Positions 9,088-18,337 of a stretch of 32,000 nucleotides of DNA are shown here, piece by piece. Within the stretch, counting starts at the first letter, position 1; each line of letters starts with the position of its first letter. A model generated the notes under the pieces. The model did no database searches and was not told the DNA's origin. It saw only the letters and a list, made by a program, of their open reading frames with translations. The stretch is from Deinococcus radiodurans R1 = ATCC 13939 = DSM 20539 (lineage in GTDB: Bacteria; Deinococcota; Deinococci; Deinococcales; Deinococcaceae). Both the position numbers and the translations under genes were made by a program. The stretch is taken from positions 40,906-72,905 of the forward strand of contig NC_001263.1 of assembly GCF_000008565.1 (NCBI RefSeq). Direction: 5' to 3'.

Positions 9088-10034
9088 CCTACGACCCCTC
9101 GCTGCGGGTGCTGACCGTGCTGGAGCTGCTTCAGGCGCGCGAGGAAGTCACGGGCGCCGAGCTCGCGCGGCGGCTGGAGGTCAGCCCGCGCACCGTGCAG
9201 CGCTACGTGGCCCGCTTGCAGGACCTGGGGATTCCGGTGGAGGGCCGCCGGGGAGTGGGCGGCGCGTACCGCCTGAAACCCGGCTTTCGCCTGCCGCCGC
9301 TGATGTTTACCGGCGAGGAGGCACTTGCGCTCGCGCTGGGGCTGCGTGCGCTGCAACACCTCGGCCTGAGCGACCTGCTGCCCGCCGCCGAGGTGGCCGG
9401 CGCCAAGCTCTCGCGCACGCTGCCGCCGGAACTGCGCGACACAGTGGCGGCGCTGGAGCAGGTCGCGCAGCTCAGCGTCTCGCCCTGGGTGACGAGCACC
9501 GACGCCCGGCTGCTGACCACGCTGTTTCAGGCAGCGCGTGAGGGGCAGCGGGCCGAGCTGACCTACCGCTCCGGCGCGGCGCAGCACACCGAGCGCGAGG
9601 TGGAGGTCTACCGCGTGGTGCACGTGGACGGACGCTGGTACGCGGTGGGCCACTGCCGACTGCGCGGGGCGCTGCGCTGTTTCCGGCTCGACCGCATCGA
9701 AACGTGTCGGCTGCGCGAAGAAACGTTCACGCCGCCCGCCGACTTCGACGCGCTCGCCTTTTTGCAGCAGGAACTGCCCGCCGCCCATCCTTACGAAATC
9801 AGCGTGTGGCTCGCGGCGCCGCCTGAGCACCTGCGCGGCGCGGTGTCCGTCTGGCACACCGACCTTCGTGCCGAGGAGGACGGCACCCGCATGACCTGTC
9901 AGCGTGAGAACCTGCACAGCTTCGCCGCCTTTTTGCTCGGCGTGGGCGTGGACTTCCGGGTGGACTCGCCGCCCGAACTGCGCGAGGTGCTGCGGACCCT
10001 GGCCGGGCGCTGCCAGCAGGCGGGGGAGGGGTGA
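9084..10034 (+). CDS. WYL-domain transcriptional regulator (wHTH-WYL-WCX; YafY/PafBC/DriD-type architecture)
   Basis: 316 aa. N-terminal HTH (LRVLTVLELLQAREEVTGAELARRLEVSPRTVQRYVARLQDLGIPV) and a central WYL core (VYRVVHVDGRWYAVGHCRLRGALRCFRLDRI). Its GTG overlaps the DsrE-like TGA (GTGA). Confidence 0.85.
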   Translation: MTYDPSLRVLTVLELLQAREEVTGAELARRLEVSPRTVQRYVARLQDLGIPVEGRRGVGGAYRLKPGFRLPPLMFTGEEALALALGLRALQHLGLSDLLPAAEVAGAKLSRTLPPELRDTVAALEQVAQLSVSPWVTSTDARLLTTLFQAAREGQRAELTYRSGAAQHTEREVEVYRVVHVDGRWYAVGHCRLRGALRCFRLDRIETCRLREETFTPPADFDALAFLQQELPAAHPYEISVWLAAPPEHLRGAVSVWHTDLRAEEDGTRMTCQRENLHSFAAFLLGVGVDFRVDSPPELREVLRTLAGRCQQAGEG

Positions 10035-10078
10035 GCCCTTCTCCTGGAGGAGCGGTCTGTCCGTGCGGGTGGGCCTTT

Positions 10079-10187
10079 CTAGAGCATTTGACAAAATGAG
10101 GCGTTCTGGTTTTGACCCTCTACCTTGATGGGAGAGGGCCTCGCGCAGCGAGGGGTGAGGGTGTCTTTTTCTGTCAAATGCTCTAGG
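10079..10187 (+). repeat. MITE-like small noncoding repeat, copy A
   Basis: 15-bp perfect terminal inverted repeats: CTAGAGCATTTGACA ... TGTCAAATGCTCTAG. The core GACCCTCTACC..GGGAGAGGGCCTCGCGCAGCGAGGGGTGAGGG forms two hairpins. The same family occurs at 22322-22439 and 25772-25877. Confidence 0.85.
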
Positions 10188-10232
10188 CAGGCGGCCAAAA
10201 GTTCAGACTGTGAGAGGCGCACACTCGGAAAC

Positions 10233-11456
10233 ATGACGACGTTGTCCCCCGCCCGACGCTCCTTCTGGCAAGACACCCACCCGAGCGCGGTGCTGGCGGG
10301 ACTGATTGCCGTCGTCATCGGCTGGGCGGGGCCGAACGTGCTGATCTACTCGGTGCAGCAGGCCGGGCACCTCAGCGACGCGGCGGCGATGTCGTGGCTG
10401 TGGGGCCACGCGGTGATTACGGGCATCGTCGGGATTTACCTCAGCCTGCGGACCCGGATGCCGATTCTTTCCACCTGGTCCACGCCGGGCATCGCGCTGC
10501 TCGTCACCGCCCTGCCGGGGATGCCCTTTGCCGAGGCGGTGGGGGCTTTTCTGGTGTCGGCGGCGCTCGTCTTTTTGCTCGGCACCTTCGCGCCGCTCAC
10601 CCGCGCGGTGCAGGCGATTCCCACCCACCTCGCCGCCGCGCTCAACGCCGCTATTTTGCTGCCCTTCGCGTTCAAGGCGGTGCAGGCGTTCGGCACCCAG
10701 CCGCTGCTGGTGGGGCTGATGGTCGTGACCTATTTCCTGGGCCGGCAGTTCGCCCCGCGCTGGGCGGTGGCGCTGGTGCTGCTGGTGGGGGTGGCGGCGA
10801 GTGCGCTGCTGGGTGCCTGGCACCCGGCGCCGGTGCCGCTCGCGCCCACCGTGCCGCAGGTGGTGGCCCCCGCATTCAGCGTGCGCGCCATGCTCAACCT
10901 CGCGCTGCCGCTCACGCTGCTCGCCTTTACCGGGCAGTTCGTGCCGGGCTTCGGGGTGCTCAAGGCCAACGGCTACGAGCCCGCGCCGGGGCCGATTCTG
11001 CGCGCCTGCGGCGTGGCGAGCGCGGCAGCGGCGCTGGTCGGCTGCCACAACCTGACGCTCGGGGCACTCCTCGCCAACATCGTCAGCGGCCCGGAAGCCC
11101 ACCCCGACGCGGCGCGGCGTTACACGGCGGCCATCTGGGCGGGGATCTTCAACATCCTGTTCGGCCTGTTCGCCGGCACGTTCCTGCACCTGATGGGCAT
11201 TTTGCCCGCCGAGGCGCTGGCGGCCCTGGCGGGACTGGCACTGCTGGCGGCCACCGGGGGCAGCTTGCAAGCGGCCTTCACACCGGGACAGAGTGCTTCG
11301 GGACGGGGCGCGGCGCAGCCTGGCAGCCTCGCCGCCGCCGTCATCATCGCCGTGACGCTCTCGGGCGTGTCCTTTTTCGGCATCGGGGCGGCCTTCTGGG
11401 GCATCCTGGCGGGCTTGGCGGTGCATGGGCTGGAAGGCGTGCGGCGGGCGGGCTAA
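10233..11456 (+). CDS. benE: BenE/YdcO-family benzoate:H+ symporter-type membrane transporter
   Basis: Starting at the ATG at 10233 gives 407 aa. It aligns by eye with E. coli YdcO: LSTWSTPGIALLVT, SGPEAHPDAARRYTAAIWAGIFNILFGLFAG, LAGLALLAATGGSL, GIGAAFWGILAGL. The 10125 start in the track lies inside the repeat and is rejected. Confidence 0.85.
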   Translation: MTTLSPARRSFWQDTHPSAVLAGLIAVVIGWAGPNVLIYSVQQAGHLSDAAAMSWLWGHAVITGIVGIYLSLRTRMPILSTWSTPGIALLVTALPGMPFAEAVGAFLVSAALVFLLGTFAPLTRAVQAIPTHLAAALNAAILLPFAFKAVQAFGTQPLLVGLMVVTYFLGRQFAPRWAVALVLLVGVAASALLGAWHPAPVPLAPTVPQVVAPAFSVRAMLNLALPLTLLAFTGQFVPGFGVLKANGYEPAPGPILRACGVASAAAALVGCHNLTLGALLANIVSGPEAHPDAARRYTAAIWAGIFNILFGLFAGTFLHLMGILPAEALAALAGLALLAATGGSLQAAFTPGQSASGRGAAQPGSLAAAVIIAVTLSGVSFFGIGAAFWGILAGLAVHGLEGVRRAG

Positions 11457-11464
11457 CTTCCCCT

Positions 11465-11719
11465 TCAGGCCTCCTGTTCGCGCAGCAGCCGCAGCTTGAG
11501 CGTGCTCAGGCGCGAGCGGCTCAGCACACCGCGCAGCAGCACCCGGTCCCCCAGCGCCAGCACCGGAATGTGGTCGCCGTGCCGGGCAGTCAGTGCCGCG
11601 TCACCGCTGATGTCGTGCAGCTGGTAAGCAAAGCCGAGTTCGTCCAGATGCGTCTGCGCCTGCTCGCACAGGTGGCAGCCGGGGCGGTGGTAGAGGGTGA
11701 GGGTGGGGAGGGGGGTCAT
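11465..11719 (-). CDS. Glutaredoxin-like protein (DUF836/Grx2-like, thioredoxin fold)
   Basis: 84 aa. CHLC redox motif at the end of the first strand (LTLYHRPGCHLCEQA) and a later IPVL element. Confidence 0.65.
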   Translation of the reverse strand: MTPLPTLTLYHRPGCHLCEQAQTHLDELGFAYQLHDISGDAALTARHGDHIPVLALGDRVLLRGVLSRSRLSTLKLRLLREQEA

Positions 11720-11740
11720 AGGGGAACTCGGTGAAAAAGC

Positions 11741-13516
<1,776 letters not shown>

Positions 13517-14174
13517 GCCGCCGCCGCTGCGCGGTCCGGCCCCGCGCCGTGCGCAGCGTGCCCCCCGAGCCGGTGCCGGTGCGGGTCACGCCCGTGCGCC
13601 GCCGCGCCGTGACCGTGCGCCGGGTGCGCTTGCGGTTAAGCTGCGGCAGTTTCATCTCGCTCAGGGCGCCCCGCAGGCCGCCGTCCTTGCCGTCCTTGCG
13701 CCCGGCAGTGTTGCGGACACCGGCAGAGCTGACGCGGGTGCCTGCCTGGGCGACGATTCGCGGACTGGGGCGGGCGGGCGCGGCGCGGCGAAACTTGGCG
13801 AGTTTGTCGTCCTGCTGCGTTCCGGGCCGCAAGAGCAGCGACAGCACCGAGCCGCCCAGCAGCGCGGCGCTGACCGTCAGCAGACCCTGCATCCGGGCGG
13901 GCGCGCCCGCGTCGGCACCGTTGACATGCACGTTCATCACCAGCACCAGCAGGCACAGCGCGGCCACCGACAGCACCGTGATGCCACTCAGCACCCGCTC
14001 GCTCAGCCGCCCGAGCAGCAGCAAGAGCAGCGACACCACGAACAGTGCCAGCAACAACAGCAGGCTCACAGCGCCCGTCTCCAGCAACGTTCCCGGAAGT
14101 CCGCTGGTACTGGGCAGCAGTGGGGAAGGGAACGCGGCAACATCGGTTCCCAGTGTACCTGCCCGGCCTTGCAA
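13517..14174 (-). CDS. Membrane-anchor ORF (3 predicted TM helices plus a basic linker) in a different frame from the kinase; probably the frame-disrupted 5' part of the kinase gene
   Basis: Strong coding GC3. TM segments AVSLLLLLALFVVSLLLLLLG, ITVLSVAALCLLVLVMNV and LLTVSAALLGGSVLSLLL. The frame has no stop until 13077, 440 nt inside the kinase. The start is uncertain (TTG 14174 or an internal TTG/GTG). Confidence 0.45.
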
Positions 14175-14246
14175 CTCACTTACACTCTGACAGTGTTTAC
14201 CTCACGGTGACGGGAGAGGGAGGACGCGTGCCAGACTGTCCGCAGC

Positions 14247-14675
14247 GTGCCGACTTCCGAACCGCCCAGCGACCTCGCCCTGGCCTGGCTGCTCGAACTT
14301 TTCGAGTATCAGGTCGGCGATCTGCTGGCCGGACGCGAGCCGCGCGGCGGCGAACGCAGCGTCCGCGAACTGCGTGGGCACCTGCGGCAAAGCGCCTGTC
14401 CGCCCCCGCTGCGCCGCCGGCTCATTCAGGCCGACCGTCAGTACAGCGCGTGGTGGCAGGCCCGGTCTCAGGCACAGGCAGGGGCGCCGCACCACCCCCC
14501 CGCTCCCGACTGGTCCGCCCCGGCCACCCACAACGCCGAGGAAGCCGCCGCCTGGGCCGAGCTGCGGCAACTCGCCTGGCACGCCGACCTGATGGCCGAA
14601 CTGCACGCCGTGGACCCAGCGGCTGCGCCAGGAGCCCGGGCAGCCCACCCTGCGCGTGCTGTACGCGGTGACTGA
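14247..14675 (+). CDS. Hypothetical protein (orphan), divergent from the kinase locus
   Basis: 142-aa ORF with a GTG start. GC3 is high up to about 14610 and then drops, suggesting the true frame changes there. Confidence 0.45.
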   Translation: MPTSEPPSDLALAWLLELFEYQVGDLLAGREPRGGERSVRELRGHLRQSACPPPLRRRLIQADRQYSAWWQARSQAQAGAPHHPPAPDWSAPATHNAEEAAAWAELRQLAWHADLMAELHAVDPAAAPGARAAHPARAVRGD

Positions 14676-16104
14676 GAACGCCGAGCGGGCGCAGCGCCGC
14701 CTGCCCACGCCTTTTCCGGTGCCGGGGGCGGGCGACGTGCTGGTGTCGCTGGGCAACAGCGAGGTGGTGCGGCAACTCGCCCGCACGCTGGGCGACCTGT
14801 TGCTGCTTCCCGGCGGGGCAGCGCAGGTGTGGCAAGCGCTCGACCGGGTGGAGGACGACCCTTTTCCCCCGCAGCCCGGCGACGACGCCCTGTTCGCGCA
14901 GCTCGCGGCCATCCGGCAGCGCGGCGGCAGCCCCCATGAGCGCGCGCAGTTGGAAGAAGTGCTGCGGGCGGGTGCCGGGCCGCAGTCCGCGCTGCGGGCC
15001 GACCCGCGTGAGCGTCCGCTGCTGCGGGAGGCGGCGCAGCGCATCCGGCGCTGGCTGGCGCGGCGGCTCGCGCGGGCGCCTGGGCAGCTCCCGGGAACGG
15101 TGCCGGCCCACTCGGTGCTCTACGCCCAGGAAGAGGCCAGCGCCCTGAGCGCCCCCGCAGCGGGCGACGGCCTGACGCTGCACCTCGGTGGACCGGACCG
15201 CCTGGCGCACTGGCAGGGCCTGCGGCTGTCGTGGCGCTCGCTCGGCCCCAACTGGCAACTGCTGGTGCAGGATGAAACGAGTCAGCCGGTCAGCGGCGGG
15301 CAACTCGCGCTGCTGCGGCCCGACCTGCCCGCCAGCGAGCGCCAGCTGTTTCTGACGGTGGGCGGCCAGCAACTCCAGGTGCTGTTCAGCGGCGACTACG
15401 TGCTGTTGCGGCGCCGGGCCGACGCGGCGCAGACCCGGCACCTCGCCCGGCTGGCCGCGCTGGGCCGCGCCTGCGCCCTGCTGCTGCTGCCTGCCGAGCA
15501 GCATGGCCGCCTGCGGCTGGCCCGCACCCTGGCCCGGCGTCTGCGTGGAGACCCGCCGCGTGCCGATGACCCCGCTTCCGGTCAAGTCGCCTTCGCTCAA
15601 ACGCCCGCCGAGTGCCTGGCCGCCGCCCGGCGCAGCTTGCAACGGCTGGAGCCTTTGCTGGGGCGCTTTTCTCCGGCGCAGGTCGCGCACGAGGCGCAGG
15701 TCGCCCAGGCCCTCTTACACTTGCCGCCGCACTACGCCGCGCAGGTGCAGCAGGCCGCCGAGCACGCCGCTTCCGCTGCCGAGCCTCTGCGCGAAGCTGC
15801 CACCGACCCACTTGTCGGGCGGGAGGCCGGCCCCCCCGTCCTGCCCGCCACCGGCCACTTCATCGTCTTTCCCCTGGGCCCCGACCCGCTGGAGGTGCGG
15901 CTGCCCGGCGACCGCCTGCTCACCCTGCGCCCCGACTACCGCGCCGAACTCGTGGCGGTGCTGCCCGGTCAGGCGGCGGTGACGGTGGGCGACCTGCTGG
16001 TGCTGCCGCTGCACGACCTGAGCGTGGTCATCGCGCGAGAAGGGTCGCAGGTCGCGCTGTGTGCGCTGTTGCCGAGAATGCTGGAAGCGGCGGCGCAGGC
16101 CTAA
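14656..16104 (+). CDS. Hypothetical Ala/Leu/Arg-rich protein (orphan)
   Basis: 482-aa ORF with consistently high GC3. This frame is already open and codon-biased from 14593/14611, upstream of the GTG at 14656. No recognisable catalytic motif. Confidence 0.6.
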   Translation: MLYAVTENAERAQRRLPTPFPVPGAGDVLVSLGNSEVVRQLARTLGDLLLLPGGAAQVWQALDRVEDDPFPPQPGDDALFAQLAAIRQRGGSPHERAQLEEVLRAGAGPQSALRADPRERPLLREAAQRIRRWLARRLARAPGQLPGTVPAHSVLYAQEEASALSAPAAGDGLTLHLGGPDRLAHWQGLRLSWRSLGPNWQLLVQDETSQPVSGGQLALLRPDLPASERQLFLTVGGQQLQVLFSGDYVLLRRRADAAQTRHLARLAALGRACALLLLPAEQHGRLRLARTLARRLRGDPPRADDPASGQVAFAQTPAECLAAARRSLQRLEPLLGRFSPAQVAHEAQVAQALLHLPPHYAAQVQQAAEHAASAAEPLREAATDPLVGREAGPPVLPATGHFIVFPLGPDPLEVRLPGDRLLTLRPDYRAELVAVLPGQAAVTVGDLLVLPLHDLSVVIAREGSQVALCALLPRMLEAAAQA

Positions 16105-16130
16105 CCGCAACAAAGGCCAGAGAGTCCATC

Positions 16131-16170
16131 AAAAAACCGGCCTCCTTCTTACTGGAGACCGGCTCTTTTT
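16131..16170. terminator. Bidirectional intrinsic terminator (orphan gene and tRNA-Gln)
   Basis: AAAAAA-CCGGCCTCC-ttcttact-GGAGACCGG-CTCTTTTT. The stem is 9 bp with one mismatch. An A-run and a T-run flank it, so it can act in both directions. Confidence 0.75.
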
Positions 16171-16175
16171 GCTGC

Positions 16176-16249
16176 TGGCAGGGATACAAGGATTCGAACC
16201 TAGACAAACAGAACCAAAATCTGTTGTGCTACCATTACACCATATCCCT
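16176..16249 (-). tRNA. tRNA-Gln (anticodon TTG)
   Basis: The reverse complement folds as acceptor AGGGATA/TATCCCT, anticodon stem ACAGA/TCTGT with loop TTTTGGT, T-loop TTCGAAT and an encoded CCA. Confidence 0.88.
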
Positions 16250-16269
16250 TCACAGGCAAAGCGAAGAAC

Positions 16270-16299
16270 ATTTTAGCGGGCCGGGGCGGTCAGCGTCAA
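16270..16299 (-). promoter_or_regulatory. Sigma70-like promoter for tRNA-Gln
   Basis: On the minus strand: TTGACG (16299-16294), 18-nt spacer, TAAAAT (16275-16270). It lies about 20 nt upstream of the mature tRNA 5' end. Confidence 0.55.
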
Positions 16300-16325
16300 G
16301 CTCCCCAGGCAGTGAACTCCGTTCG

Positions 16326-17312
16326 TCAGCCTTCGCGGTCGTCGGGCACTTGCAAGAGCGCCGCGCTCGGCACGGTCAGGCGCAGCTCGTCGCCGCTGGC
16401 CGCCGCTGCCTCACGGGGGCTGAGGGACAGGGTGAGTGGCCCCAGCGGGTGCGCCAGCGTGACCGTTTCGCCCGTCTCGCTGCGCTGTCTGGAGAGCACC
16501 CTCAGAAGCTCGCCCCCGGCACCCAGTTGCACGGCGCTCTCAGGAACGAGCAGGGCCTGACCGCTGACCTGCGGATGCGCGAAAACGTTGGTCCAGCCCA
16601 GAAACTCGGCCACCCACGCCGTTGCGGGCCGGGCGAAGAGGTCCGCTGCCGCGCCTTCCTGCACCACGTGCCCGGCACGCATCACCGCGACCCGGTGGGC
16701 CAGCGCCAACGCCTCGCGCTGGTCGTGGGTGACGAGCAGCACCCCCGCGCCGAGTTGCCCGAACAGCCCGCGCAGGTCGTGCCTCAGTTCCGAGCGCAGT
16801 TTCTCGTCGAGGTTGCTCAGCGGTTCGTCGAGCAGCAGCAGCGGCGAGCGGGTCGCCAGAGCGCGGGCCAGCGCCACCCGCTGCTGTTGCCCGCCCGAAA
16901 GTTGCGCGGGCAGGCGGCGCTCGTGCTCGCTCAGGCCGACCAGCGCCAGCGCCTCACGCGCCTGCTGCGCGGCGTCCGGGCGACTTGACCCTCGCCGGCG
17001 CGGTCCATACGCCACGTTGTCGAGCACGCTCAGGTGCGGAAACAGCGCGTAGTCCTGAAACACCAGCCCGAGGTGCCGGGCTTCCGGCGGCAGCGCCGTC
17101 ACGTCCCGCCCGCCGACCAGCACCTGCCCGGCGTCGGGGCGTTCCAGGCCCGCCACACTCCGCAGCACGGTGCTTTTGCCGCAGCCCGACGGTCCCAGCA
17201 GCGCCAATGTTTCCCCGGCCTGCACTTCCAACGACACGTCCCCCACCGCCTGCACCGCGCCGAACGCCTTGCTCAAACCACGCAGGGAGAGGGCGGGCGC
17301 GGCGGCGGTCAT
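16326..17312 (-). CDS. ABC transporter ATP-binding protein (PotA/FbpC/CysA-like importer ATPase with a C-terminal TOBE-like domain)
   Basis: Walker A GPSGCGKST, Q-loop, signature LSGGQQQRVALARAL, Walker B LLLDEP, H-loop VTHD. No permease or binding-protein gene is adjacent. Confidence 0.88.
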   Translation of the reverse strand: MTAAAPALSLRGLSKAFGAVQAVGDVSLEVQAGETLALLGPSGCGKSTVLRSVAGLERPDAGQVLVGGRDVTALPPEARHLGLVFQDYALFPHLSVLDNVAYGPRRRGSSRPDAAQQAREALALVGLSEHERRLPAQLSGGQQQRVALARALATRSPLLLLDEPLSNLDEKLRSELRHDLRGLFGQLGAGVLLVTHDQREALALAHRVAVMRAGHVVQEGAAADLFARPATAWVAEFLGWTNVFAHPQVSGQALLVPESAVQLGAGGELLRVLSRQRSETGETVTLAHPLGPLTLSLSPREAAAASGDELRLTVPSAALLQVPDDREG

Positions 17313-17319
17313 GCCCAGA

Positions 17320-17325
17320 ACTGTA
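17320..17325 (-). promoter_or_regulatory. -10 box (TACAGT on the minus strand) placed for a leaderless transcript
   Basis: TACAGT lies 7 nt upstream of the ATG at 17312, with no SD sequence. Confidence 0.4.
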
Positions 17326-17366
17326 CCCCGGATGAATGGGTCCCCACACGCCTTGACCAGAGGGAA

Positions 17367-18248
17367 TTACAGCGGCTCGGCCACCACGCCCGTCGCCCGG
17401 GGGCCGGTGACTGCCAGCAGGTGATTGCCGATGCTGCGGGTGCCGGCGTCCTCGTAGGTCAGCCCGCTGGCACTCAGCAGCGTGCGCAGTCGCTCGGCGC
17501 CCTCCTCACCGCCGGGCGAGTGGAGAAAGGCGACGCGGGCGCCCTCCGGCAGCGTCTCGGTCACGAATTTCGTCACGCTGCGGGCGAGCTGCCGCATTGC
17601 CGCCTCATGATCCGGCGCGCGGGCGGTAAGTTCGACCAGTCCGTGGTGATAACGGAAAATCGGCTGCACGTCGTGGCTGCGTTCCAGCGGCGCGGTGACC
17701 GGCGTAATGCGCCCGCTGAGGTGCATGAAGCGCACGTCGCTCACCGTGAAATGCATCAGTTGCCGCGCTTGCACCGCGCGCAGGGCGCTGACGATGGCGG
17801 CGGCGTTGTGGCCCCCCGCCGCCAGCCGCGCGGCGCGCAACGCCTGCAACCCCAGCGCGTAGCTCCCCGCCGGGCTGTCGAGCACCCGCACCCGTGAGCC
17901 GAAAGCGCGGGCGGCCTCCTGTCCGCAGGCGAAAGACACCGACAGCCGCGACGAGAGGTGCAGGCTCAGCACCTCGTCCGACTGCGCGAGCGCCTGACGG
18001 AAGACCTGCTCGTAGGCGTCCACACTCGGCGGCTCGATGACCGGCGCGGCCCCCTGCGCCTCAATGAGCGCGAGCAGCCGCTCGGGGCTCAGCTCAGTGC
18101 TCGAATAACTCTGCCCCCCCACCCGCACCACCGACGCGAGTTGCCACACGCCGCTGCGCGCGAGGTCCGCCTCCGAGAGGTCGGCAGTCGCGTCGACAAT
18201 CACCTTTAGAGAAGGCGGTGGGGCGGCGGCTCGGCGGCGCAGGAGCAT
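17367..18248 (-). CDS. DegV-family (fatty-acid-binding) protein, divergent member
   Basis: 293 aa with the DegV layout: IVDATADLS near the N-terminus, PSVDAYEQVF, LSLHLSSRLSVSF, VLDSPAGSYALGLQ, and F.V.D..F...SGRI. GGAGAA lies 4 nt upstream of the ATG. Confidence 0.6.
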   Translation of the reverse strand: MLLRRRAAAPPPSLKVIVDATADLSEADLARSGVWQLASVVRVGGQSYSSTELSPERLLALIEAQGAAPVIEPPSVDAYEQVFRQALAQSDEVLSLHLSSRLSVSFACGQEAARAFGSRVRVLDSPAGSYALGLQALRAARLAAGGHNAAAIVSALRAVQARQLMHFTVSDVRFMHLSGRITPVTAPLERSHDVQPIFRYHHGLVELTARAPDHEAAMRQLARSVTKFVTETLPEGARVAFLHSPGGEEGAERLRTLLSASGLTYEDAGTRSIGNHLLAVTGPRATGVVAEPL

Positions 18249-18337
18249 GGGCTTCTCCAGGGGCGGGTCGGCAGGAACAAGTCAGGAGGAGGGCGCCGGG
18301 TTCCGGGGGTGGGCCGGGGTTTTAGCTCGCGATGGTG

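Noticed and set aside
10125-10232. Upstream start for the BenE-family transporter
   Set aside because: These 36 extra codons are a translation of repeat copy A. Homology to YdcO/BenE begins after the ATG at 10233.
13636-13956. Short alternate-frame ORFs inside the membrane module (for example 13636-13956 on the minus strand and 13549-14190 on the plus strand)
   Set aside because: They have Arg/Pro-rich composition and lower GC3 than the TM-helix frame, so they are by-products of the high GC content.
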